Source: a virus
Strand: one strand, 5' to 3'
Length of the DNA: 64,000 nucleotides
Virus record (IMG/VR): IMGVR_UViG_3300011116_000834
Coordinates: 44,403 to 108,402 of that record
Shown here: in pieces, positions 56,470 to 64,000 of the stretch
Position numbering within the stretch: position 1 is the stretch's first letter
Layout: the number at the start of each line of letters is the position of its first letter
The notes under the pieces: model-generated
The model's input: only the letters and a program-made list of their open reading frames with translations
Told to the model about the DNA's origin: nothing
Database searches by the model: none
Translations under genes and position numbers: made by a program

Positions 56470-56930
56470 TAATCCCAAGTTCATCATTTGGTGTTATTGC
56501 TTCTAGTAGAAAAAGAATCGTTGTTGCTTCTAATGATGTCACCCCAAATGCCGTAAATTGGAGCGATGTCACATATAATGATACTTTTACTCAAGGTGAT
56601 ATTACATCCAGACAAATATCAGGAATTAATCAAACTATTACTTTGCGAGCAAATTATACATCACCTCAGGGAGCAAATAAAGTAGTTTTAACTTATAGAG
56701 TAGTTGCAAGTGGTGGATCTGATACTACATGGTCGCCATCAATGCCTGGTAATTTTTCTCAATTAAATGATAATGATACATTTACAATCACTAACAATCA
56801 ATATGTTGATTTCTCAGTATTTTATGGTGTTTCTTGGTTTGGTCCCACATCAACAGCAACCGTGACGATTACCAATGTGTCTGATTCAAATGCAGTGTTG
56901 GATACTTTTGTCTTAACAGTTACAACATGA
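56466..56930 (+). CDS. hypothetical virion protein
   Basis: 154 aa, beta-rich; GVIASS N-terminus typical of fibre partner proteins; ATGA coupling. Confidence 0.55.
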   Translation: MIIPSSSFGVIASSRKRIVVASNDVTPNAVNWSDVTYNDTFTQGDITSRQISGINQTITLRANYTSPQGANKVVLTYRVVASGGSDTTWSPSMPGNFSQLNDNDTFTITNNQYVDFSVFYGVSWFGPTSTATVTITNVSDSNAVLDTFVLTVTT

Positions 56931-56942
56931 TAAATAATCAAT

Positions 56943-57785
56943 ATGCCACTGAATTTTCCAGATACACCTTCACTCAACCAAGTCTACACCAGCGGTTCCA
57001 ACTCCTGGCAATGGAATGGAACTGTATGGAATGCAATATCATCTTCTTTGGTTGTTTCTACATACGGTCCAACTGGTCCTATGGGACCAACTGGTTCATT
57101 CGACACAACCACACAGACAATAGATTTCTCAGAAACCACGAATAATCTATCCTTTACAATTTCTGGTGTCAATACTTCAAATGAAGTTTATTCGATGAAC
57201 TATATCGTCGGAAAGACAGCATCTGTACAGAATGCAGCTGGTTCGATTGTTGTGGTTGGAACTGTGGAATCTGCCACGACATATTGGGATGGAACAAAGG
57301 TCGGGGATGGAACTACTGGATCATTTATAAATCCAATAAGTCGAAAAGCAGATATTGTTCTTTCTCCACCATTCACAAGTGGATATACCGCAGGATATCT
57401 TTTAGGATTGACCTTGACGGTATTTGGTGACAATAATATCTACACAAGATTGCGTGCAAGTGGTATTTCGGGTGATGGTGGATTTACCGCAGGATTGACA
57501 TTTGGTGGTGGAAACACATATCCGCTCACTGGACTTACTCTTTCACATACAGAGAATACATATGTTACCAAGACCATAACAGGTCAATCTTGGGTAACCA
57601 CCGATAAGTTCATCACATGCAAGTGTCTTGGTCTTACAACAGCAGATCATACACCCGAGGATGCAATACTTGAAGGTGTAAAGTTTGAGATAGATAATAT
57701 AGTAGCAGGAGTCGGGTTCGATATCATTGGACATGCTCCTGAAGGAACATACGGAAAATATCAGATTAAGTGCTTAGGTCAATAA
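56943..57785 (+). CDS. virion structural protein
   Basis: FPDTPSLNQVY...WQWNGTVW N-terminus, short GPTGPMGPTG; preceded by GATAAATA. Confidence 0.6.
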   Translation: MPLNFPDTPSLNQVYTSGSNSWQWNGTVWNAISSSLVVSTYGPTGPMGPTGSFDTTTQTIDFSETTNNLSFTISGVNTSNEVYSMNYIVGKTASVQNAAGSIVVVGTVESATTYWDGTKVGDGTTGSFINPISRKADIVLSPPFTSGYTAGYLLGLTLTVFGDNNIYTRLRASGISGDGGFTAGLTFGGGNTYPLTGLTLSHTENTYVTKTITGQSWVTTDKFITCKCLGLTTADHTPEDAILEGVKFEIDNIVAGVGFDIIGHAPEGTYGKYQIKCLGQ

Positions 57786-57796
57786 GGAGATAACAA

Positions 57797-59293
57797 ATGG
57801 GCGTTAATGTAAAAGGCGGAAATAATTCAGCTGGTTTGGCAAATGTCAGTTCAACCTATGAACTTCAGGTAACCACTCCACAGGAACAAGCGCAAGCGGG
57901 TTTCGTGCAGTTGAGTTCCGAAGTCGATGACGGAACCGTTCTTGGCACAAGAACCAATCTGGCATTGGAGGCATCGGACGACTTCCGCCTTCGCGTCGGT
58001 CTAGACCAGACCCTGTTCAACATGTCCTTCGAAGGTACGACCGTTCCAACTGGACATTTCCAACAGGTCACGGCAACTGCCACCGTCACCCAACTCAGCA
58101 ACTTCCTGATCGTCAACGGCGGTGCATCTACCACCTCCGCTCAGGGTGCATATATCCGCACCTACCGCCACTTCCCATCATTCGGAACATATCCAACCTA
58201 TGTCGATATGTGGATTCGTGAAGTTGGTCCAACCTCTGTGAATGTCGTTTCCGAGTGGGGTCTTCTCTACCTCACCGCAGTCGCAACGGCAACTCCACTC
58301 GACGGCGTGTTCTTCCGCCGTCTGTCTGGTGGTGCGCTCCGTGCAGTCATCAACAACAACGGTACTGAAACCGAATATACCATCGACACGACGAATGTTC
58401 CTTCCCGTGACGGCGTTGGTGCATACGATGCAACCGAAGTCAACCACCACCTGATCGCGTTCCACAACGATGTCGTTCGCTTCTGGATCAATGACATAAT
58501 GGTGGCAAGCATAGACTGCCCCTCCAATCAGGCGGCATTCATCTCAGGCACGAACATTCCAGTCGGTTTCCGCGTCCTCAATACCAATACCGTCACTCCA
58601 GTTGCCCGTCAGTTGCAGATCGGCTTCATCAATGTCGGTATTGGCGATCAGAACACCAACAAGCCTTGGTCCCATGCAATGGCGGGTGCTGGTCAGGGTT
58701 CGTATCAGACTCAGGTCGGTTCTACAGTCGGTGGAACCGTCACCCGTGGTGCAGCACCCGCTGGTTGGGTGACTTCGGGTACTGCCCGTGCCACAGGTAC
58801 ATGGACTGCCACATCCGCCCCTGCAACGGCATCCCTTGGTGGAATGTTCGTGACTCCCGCGATCTCGACATTGACTTCCGATGCAGACTATCCAGTGTTT
58901 GCATATCAGGTTCCAACGGGTACTGCTGCTCTTCCAGGCAAGACTCTGTACATCACAAGCATCCGCGTCGGTGAAGCATATGCTTCCGCTGCGGCATCCA
59001 CGAATGCCATTCAGTTGACATATATCGTCACCGTTGGTGGAACATCCGCAACCACATCGACTGCCGATGCAACCACCACGGTCGCTCCTCGCGCACTCGT
59101 CGTAGGTAGTCACGGATTCGTGGCTACCGATGTGGTGGGAACTCTCAAGCCAGGATTCGAAGTCACCTTCCCAACTCCACTTGTCTGCCCAGCAGGTACA
59201 TTCTTCACATTCGTATGCCGCCCATTCGGTACGGTCGCTTCCAATACTCTCGTCGTGTCAAGCAGCCTTTCGGTGAACGGATACTTTGAATAA
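57797..59293 (+). CDS. Thr/Ala/Gly-rich virion or receptor-binding protein, GC-rich gene
   Basis: 498 aa; AAGGAG RBS; beta-rich; markedly higher GC than neighbours. Confidence 0.6.
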   Translation: MGVNVKGGNNSAGLANVSSTYELQVTTPQEQAQAGFVQLSSEVDDGTVLGTRTNLALEASDDFRLRVGLDQTLFNMSFEGTTVPTGHFQQVTATATVTQLSNFLIVNGGASTTSAQGAYIRTYRHFPSFGTYPTYVDMWIREVGPTSVNVVSEWGLLYLTAVATATPLDGVFFRRLSGGALRAVINNNGTETEYTIDTTNVPSRDGVGAYDATEVNHHLIAFHNDVVRFWINDIMVASIDCPSNQAAFISGTNIPVGFRVLNTNTVTPVARQLQIGFINVGIGDQNTNKPWSHAMAGAGQGSYQTQVGSTVGGTVTRGAAPAGWVTSGTARATGTWTATSAPATASLGGMFVTPAISTLTSDADYPVFAYQVPTGTAALPGKTLYITSIRVGEAYASAAASTNAIQLTYIVTVGGTSATTSTADATTTVAPRALVVGSHGFVATDVVGTLKPGFEVTFPTPLVCPAGTFFTFVCRPFGTVASNTLVVSSSLSVNGYFE

Positions 59294-59571
59294 TGGCACT
59301 TCTAAAGAACATCAGTACGGAATATGGAGTCTATGCTTCGTATTGGAAGATAACTGAGATTTCATTGAATCTTGATGGAAGTTGTGATCTTGTATTATCT
59401 GGTTATTATAATGAAGAAACCAGAGATGCAAATCTACAACATCTGAAGAAAATGCAATATCATATCGACCAGCCAACGGTTGTGCAATACTTTCCAAGTG
59501 GTATAGATTTGTCACAAGTATATGCATATCTTAAGACTACTGGTGAATTTGGTGGTGCAGAAGATATTTAA
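59293..59571 (+). CDS. small fibre-associated hypothetical protein
   Basis: 92 aa; TAATG coupling; ASYWKI...YAYLKT..EF.GA pattern seen after phage fibre genes. Confidence 0.55.
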   Translation: MALLKNISTEYGVYASYWKITEISLNLDGSCDLVLSGYYNEETRDANLQHLKKMQYHIDQPTVVQYFPSGIDLSQVYAYLKTTGEFGGAEDI

Positions 59572-59574
59572 CTG

Positions 59575-59602
59575 TTGACTTCAATTTTAGTTGTGGTATA
59601 AT
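59575..59602 (+). promoter_or_regulatory. sigma70-type promoter
   Basis: TTGACT-16 nt-TATAAT with TGn extension, 6 nt before the dUTPase ATG. Confidence 0.75.
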
Positions 59603-59608
59603 CACATT

Positions 59609-60133
59609 ATGGAACTAAAAATATTTAAACTTTATAGTAATGCTCCTGAACCAAGATATGGATCGGATAATGCAGCGTGTTTCGATCTCAGTGCATTTTT
59701 ACATTATCAAGGATCCGTGAAGGCGTATACGAAGGAAAATGATCTTGTGGAAATGTTGGTCGCCCAAGATGCAGATGGTAGGAATTACATCGATATTCCT
59801 GGTGAATGGAGAGCGTTGATTCCTACAGGGTTGGTAATGGATATTCCATGCAATCATTCTGTCAAAATTTATCCAAGATCTGGAATTTCCACAAAGCAGG
59901 GATTGAATCTCATCAACTGCGTTGGTATAATTGATTCCGATTATGTTGAGGAAGTCTTTATTCCCGTGTATAACACAGCACAGAAAAAGATCAGAATCTA
60001 CGATAATGATCGAATCTCTCAGGGAGAGATGGTTTTTAATTACAAGACCTTAATTAATTATACAAATGAAAGACCTGCTAAGAAAAGTAATCGTGAAGGT
60101 GGATTTGGATCTACAGGGGTATCGGAAATATAA
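59609..60133 (+). CDS. dut: trimeric dUTPase
   Basis: AACFDL, PRSGIS, GIIDSDY, RISQ, REGGFGSTG (motifs 1-5). Confidence 0.93.
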   Translation: MELKIFKLYSNAPEPRYGSDNAACFDLSAFLHYQGSVKAYTKENDLVEMLVAQDADGRNYIDIPGEWRALIPTGLVMDIPCNHSVKIYPRSGISTKQGLNLINCVGIIDSDYVEEVFIPVYNTAQKKIRIYDNDRISQGEMVFNYKTLINYTNERPAKKSNREGGFGSTGVSEI

Positions 60134-61476
60134 TGATACAAACTAATATTGATAATGTGGCAGAGTTTATCCAAACTCTCAGTATTTCGTCATCCGATGG
60201 CATTCCAGATATTTCTGGAAAGGACTGGGAAGAACTGAATTCAAAATACTTCAAGGAAGAAATCAAGGCAGGATTTGCCAAGTACATTACTGATAATAAT
60301 GTACTTTTTCCTTATAGAAAAATATCTCAAAAACATGTCATTGATAAATTTCATGAACTTAGAAAAATAAACTATCGCGAATTCATAATGGAAGATGCTG
60401 GAAAAGTTGTTGAGAAATACAATGACTACAAATATCCATATTCTCAATATGGAAAATTTGTGATTTCTTTCGGTCATTATTATAATGATATCAGCAATTT
60501 CTATCAGCAGCGCAATCGATATGATTGTGGTTCATATACCTTCAGGTCTCCAAATGAAATTTGGTATAGCGAGGATCTTCTTTCCAAGATGAACTGGACA
60601 TTCTGGAGATTCGATCAACATGGAATCAATGTCGATAAGATTCGTGGATCATTTAGATTGGGATCCTATGTAGCCACTCAATTCAAACCAAATGTGGCAA
60701 AGACAATATTTGATTTTGTGATCGACCAGAGCAAATGCAACAGCAAATCGGTGCTGGATATCAGCATGGGATGGGGAGATCGTCTAGCGGGATTCTATGC
60801 ATCATCTGCATTGTTCTACATGGGCACTGATCCAAACCCAAGTGTATATGATGTATATAAGCAGCAGTGCAAGGATTATGAAATGATGATCTCTGGTGAA
60901 GAACCAATCATTACGATATTCCAAAAGGAAGTCAATGGTCATCTGTATGAAGCATTCCGATGCATTGGAAAGTCTGGCAAGGAAGTAGTTTGCTACAATG
61001 CTCCTGCCGAGGATATTCTTGACGAGATTCGATCTCGTAGATTCGATTGCATATTCACATCTCCTCCTTATTTTTCCACGGAACTCTATGATGAAGGTGG
61101 AGATGATTGGAAGCAATCATGGGCAAGATATCCCGAATACGATAACTGGTGGAATCATTTCTTCAAACCAGTTATAACTGCTTGCTATGAATCTTTATCC
61201 GATACTGGATCGATGATGTTTAATATCATGGATCCAACAGTAAAGAGTGGAAGATACAAGACATGTGACCAAATGGTCGATCATGTCATTTCTCTTGGCG
61301 GAAAATTCGATGGTCAGATCGGAATGAGAATAAAGCAAAGACCAAAGAATGTAAGTTCTTCCGACTTGAGCAAGCATCTGATGAATACATTTATAGAAAA
61401 TATTTGGTGTTTTTCTAAGAATGGATTTGATATTTCCGTAAAGCGCACTACACTGGAATCACTATTTGGAGAATAA
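60133..61476 (+). CDS. DNA amino-methyltransferase (N4C/N6A-type)
   Basis: SAM motif VLDISMGWGDRL and catalytic FTSPPYF. Confidence 0.8.
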   Translation: MIQTNIDNVAEFIQTLSISSSDGIPDISGKDWEELNSKYFKEEIKAGFAKYITDNNVLFPYRKISQKHVIDKFHELRKINYREFIMEDAGKVVEKYNDYKYPYSQYGKFVISFGHYYNDISNFYQQRNRYDCGSYTFRSPNEIWYSEDLLSKMNWTFWRFDQHGINVDKIRGSFRLGSYVATQFKPNVAKTIFDFVIDQSKCNSKSVLDISMGWGDRLAGFYASSALFYMGTDPNPSVYDVYKQQCKDYEMMISGEEPIITIFQKEVNGHLYEAFRCIGKSGKEVVCYNAPAEDILDEIRSRRFDCIFTSPPYFSTELYDEGGDDWKQSWARYPEYDNWWNHFFKPVITACYESLSDTGSMMFNIMDPTVKSGRYKTCDQMVDHVISLGGKFDGQIGMRIKQRPKNVSSSDLSKHLMNTFIENIWCFSKNGFDISVKRTTLESLFGE

Positions 61477-61477
61477 T

Positions 61478-61786
61478 ATGACCCGCGAAGAACTATTTAA
61501 ACTACATGAAGATATGTGCGTCGAAGCTTTGGAGTTGATGAAGAAGAAGAATGCAGATTATGCTGGCAGTGGAACCGATCCTTTTGCCAATTTTCGTAGA
61601 GCAGAAGCACTTGGAATATGCTCCACTGAACAGGCATTTCTCGTTCGCATGACCGATAAGATGTCGAGACTTTCATCATTTGCAGCAAAGGGAAAATTGA
61701 GTGTTGAAGATGAAACTGTTCATGATACATTGGTGGACATGATAAACTATTCCGTTCTTCTCGCCGCGTATCTATACACAAAATGA
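61478..61786 (+). CDS. DUF1599 / nucleotide-modification-associated all-alpha protein
   Basis: KKNADYA...PFANF...RMTDKMSRL...DTLVDMINYS. Confidence 0.7.
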   Translation: MTREELFKLHEDMCVEALELMKKKNADYAGSGTDPFANFRRAEALGICSTEQAFLVRMTDKMSRLSSFAAKGKLSVEDETVHDTLVDMINYSVLLAAYLYTK

Positions 61787-63270
61787 ATTTCTACACAAAT
61801 GTATTCTATAATTATGAGTCCATGCTGGTTGTCGAACGCAATCCAGATGGATCGAAGCAATACTTAAGGGAAGATTATAAACCTTCTATTTTTCTTCCTG
61901 CAAATAAATCATGCGATCACAAATCAATTGATGGACAAGATCTGTCACAGATGTTCTTCTGCGATTATCAGGATTACAAGCAGTTTCTTGAAAGTTATTC
62001 CGATGTGAAGAACTTTGAAATTCATGGCGATATCCAACAGGAATATCATTTCATAAACAAGAAATATGGAACTGATATTTCATATGATTTCTCTCAGATA
62101 GACATCATGTACATCGATATTGAAACCACTTCTGAAAAGGGATGGCCTTCAATTGAGGATCCAGAAGAGGAAATCATTGCTATCACTGTATTCTCCACCA
62201 AGCATGGAAATGCGACTTTTTGTCTTGGTGTTTTCAATCCAGGCGACATCGACATCAGGGTATTTGAATATCAGGATGAAGCGAAACTTCTTAAGGAATT
62301 TATTGAGTATTTTGCAAAGAATTATCCAGATGTCGTGAGTGGATGGAACATTCGATTCTTCGACTTTCCATATCTCATCAAGCGAATCAAGAAGGTTCTT
62401 GGCAATAAGGCAGCAAAGATGCTTTCTCCCTGGGGTATTCTCAAGGAGAAATTCGTGACACGCAATGGCAAGGAAGACTTGATGTACGACATCATCGGAG
62501 TCTCCATGTTGGATTACTATGAAGTCTACAAGACATTCACATATGTCAATCAGGAATCATATCGTCTTGATCATATTGCATATGTGGAACTTGGTCAACG
62601 CAAGTTGGCATATGATGAATATGAAAGTCTAACCGACTTCTACAAGAAGGATTTTCAGAAGTTCATTCAGTATAATATTCGAGATGTTGAACTCGTACAG
62701 AAGTTGGAAGAGAAACTAAAACTCATCGAACTCTCCGTGGCACTTGCATATTCAGCAGGAGTAAATTTCCAGGATGTATTCTCTCAGGTTCGTACATGGG
62801 AAGTGATCATCTACAATTATCTCAGCAAGAATAATATTGTTATTCCTCCCAAGAAAAGAGGTCATAAAGATGAGCAATATGCAGGTGCGTATGTCAAGGA
62901 ACCTCTTGTCGGTATGCATAAATGGGTAGTGTCATTCGATTTGAATTCCCTATATCCACATCTTATCATGCAGTATAATATTTCCCCCGAAACACTTACT
63001 GATGATGGATTGCGTGGAACTTTAGCACCCGATGGCATTCTGAAGAATGGCATCGTATCGATGAAAGCATTGGAAGAATACAAGGAAAAGAATGTATCCA
63101 TAGCTGCAAATGGAACAACTTATCGTAAGGATATTCGTGGATTTCTTCCTGAACTCATGGATAAAATGTATAAAGATCGTAAAATGTTCAAGAACAAAAT
63201 GATCGAATCGAAAAAAGATCTAGAGGAAATCAACGCAGAACTGAAGCGTAGGGGATTGACAACGACCTGA
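61783..63270 (+). CDS. gp43: family B DNA polymerase, N-terminal part only (gp43A-like)
   Basis: Exo I DIETT, Exo II GWNIRFFDFPY, Exo III YNIRDV and Pol motif A SFDLNSLYP are present. The ORF stops at 495 aa, before motifs B and C. Confidence 0.92.
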   Translation: MNFYTNVFYNYESMLVVERNPDGSKQYLREDYKPSIFLPANKSCDHKSIDGQDLSQMFFCDYQDYKQFLESYSDVKNFEIHGDIQQEYHFINKKYGTDISYDFSQIDIMYIDIETTSEKGWPSIEDPEEEIIAITVFSTKHGNATFCLGVFNPGDIDIRVFEYQDEAKLLKEFIEYFAKNYPDVVSGWNIRFFDFPYLIKRIKKVLGNKAAKMLSPWGILKEKFVTRNGKEDLMYDIIGVSMLDYYEVYKTFTYVNQESYRLDHIAYVELGQRKLAYDEYESLTDFYKKDFQKFIQYNIRDVELVQKLEEKLKLIELSVALAYSAGVNFQDVFSQVRTWEVIIYNYLSKNNIVIPPKKRGHKDEQYAGAYVKEPLVGMHKWVVSFDLNSLYPHLIMQYNISPETLTDDGLRGTLAPDGILKNGIVSMKALEEYKEKNVSIAANGTTYRKDIRGFLPELMDKMYKDRKMFKNKMIESKKDLEEINAELKRRGLTTT

Positions 63271-63283
63271 TCCATGATATAAT
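63256..63283 (+). promoter_or_regulatory. sigma70-type promoter
   Basis: TTGACA-16 nt-TATAAT with TGn extension, overlapping the end of gp43A. Confidence 0.8.
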
Positions 63284-63289
63284 CTGTGC

Positions 63290-63829
63290 ATGGAAACGAG
63301 GAACATCATTGATCACTACCACTACTGGAAGCATGAAGCGATCATTGCGGATCTTGATGCAAAACGGAATAATTTTACCGTTCTTTGCAGCAATCTTTAC
63401 AATGATTTCAACATTGCTACAGTCATTCGCAACTCAAATGCGTTCCTTGCGAAGCAAGTGATCCTCTACGGATCGAAGCAGTATGATCGTCGTGGCACTG
63501 TAGGAACTCATCATTATACTAATTTCATTCATACCAAGACCTTTACCGAACTAGACGAAAGAATGAAGATTCTTCGTCAGACTTATGGTACGGTAAAGAT
63601 CATCGGCATAGATAATGTTCCAGGTGCTACGGCGATTGATACTTTTGAATGGAACACAAATACGCATTATGTTCTAGCATTCGGTCAAGAACAAGTAGGT
63701 CTACCAACAGAAATCCTTGACATCTGTGATCACATCTTGTATATTAAGCAATATGGAACTGTCAGGAGTCTGAATGTAGGAACCGCGAGTGGTATCGCAA
63801 TGTACGCACTCGCAAGTAATGTGTTTTAA
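63290..63829 (+). CDS. SpoU/TrmH-family (SPOUT) RNA 2'-O-methyltransferase
   Basis: N....NIATVIR...AF, FGQEQVGL, I.Q.G.VRSLNV..A.GIAMY. Confidence 0.9.
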   Translation: METRNIIDHYHYWKHEAIIADLDAKRNNFTVLCSNLYNDFNIATVIRNSNAFLAKQVILYGSKQYDRRGTVGTHHYTNFIHTKTFTELDERMKILRQTYGTVKIIGIDNVPGATAIDTFEWNTNTHYVLAFGQEQVGLPTEILDICDHILYIKQYGTVRSLNVGTASGIAMYALASNVF

Positions 63830-63901
63830 TGGGGAGTAGTTCAATGGCAGAACTCCCGCCTTTGGAGCGGGCTGTTGGAAGTTCGAGTCTTCCCTCCCCA
63901 G
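63830..63901 (+). tRNA. tRNA-Gln(UUG)
   Basis: Acceptor TGGGGAG/CTCCCCA, D arm GTTC/GAAC, anticodon stem CCCGC/GCGGG with loop CTTTGGA, T arm GGAAG-TTCGAGT-CTTCC; no encoded CCA. Confidence 0.9.
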
Positions 63902-63906
63902 TTTTT

Positions 63907-63994
63907 GGGATTGTGGCGAAACTGGCGAAACGCAACGAATTTAAAATTCGTCACGGTTAAAGACACATTGTGGGTTCGAATCCCACCAATCCCA
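63907..63994 (+). tRNA. tRNA-Leu(UAA)
   Basis: Acceptor GGGATTG/CAATCCC, anticodon stem ACGAA/TTCGT with loop TTTAAAA, long variable arm, T arm GTGGG-TTCGAAT-CCCAC; no encoded CCA. Confidence 0.88.
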
Positions 63995-64000
63995 TTAAAA

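Noticed and set aside
63100-63300. Intein, group I intron or frameshift explaining the short gp43
   Set aside because: No intein N-terminal block or intron core is seen, and the downstream sequence is fully explained by a promoter, SpoU and tRNAs.

Overview
A 64-kb, AT-rich, gene-dense piece of a large T4-like myovirus genome, most similar in organisation to environmental cyanophage-like T4 superfamily phages. Every credible gene is on the + strand. (1) 1-16.5 kb: baseplate and fibre genes, including four tandem, very Cys-rich (G-x-C-C repeat) proteins, three of which end in a DUF1566/Lcl-like domain. (2) 16.5-29.7 kb: core morphogenesis block gp13-14-15-16-17-18-19-20-(core)-21-(ORF)-22-23-3. 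(3) 29.7-38.8 kb: uvsY, uvsW, gp55, gp47, gp46, gp45, gp44, gp62, regA. (4) A ~23-kb block between regA and the DNA polymerase: a 13-gene glycan-synthesis island (GT10, GT11, GT47-like, GT31-like, several GT-A, two FkbM O-methyltransferases, a sugar C-methyltransferase, gmd, GT2-TPR), then collagen-like Gly-X-Thr fibre genes, dUTPase, a DNA methyltransferase and a DUF1599-like gene. (5) An N-terminal-only (split) gp43 polymerase, a SpoU methyltransferase and two tRNAs. The most interesting inferred system is a phage-encoded virion glycosylation pathway. A late-promoter GT2-TPR protein glycosyltransferase and fucosyl/methyl tailoring enzymes lie next to Gly-X-Thr fibres, and a G-x-T (sometimes G-x-C) motif recurs in many virion proteins as a candidate sequon. 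All calls rest on motif recognition and synteny by eye; no database searches were run.
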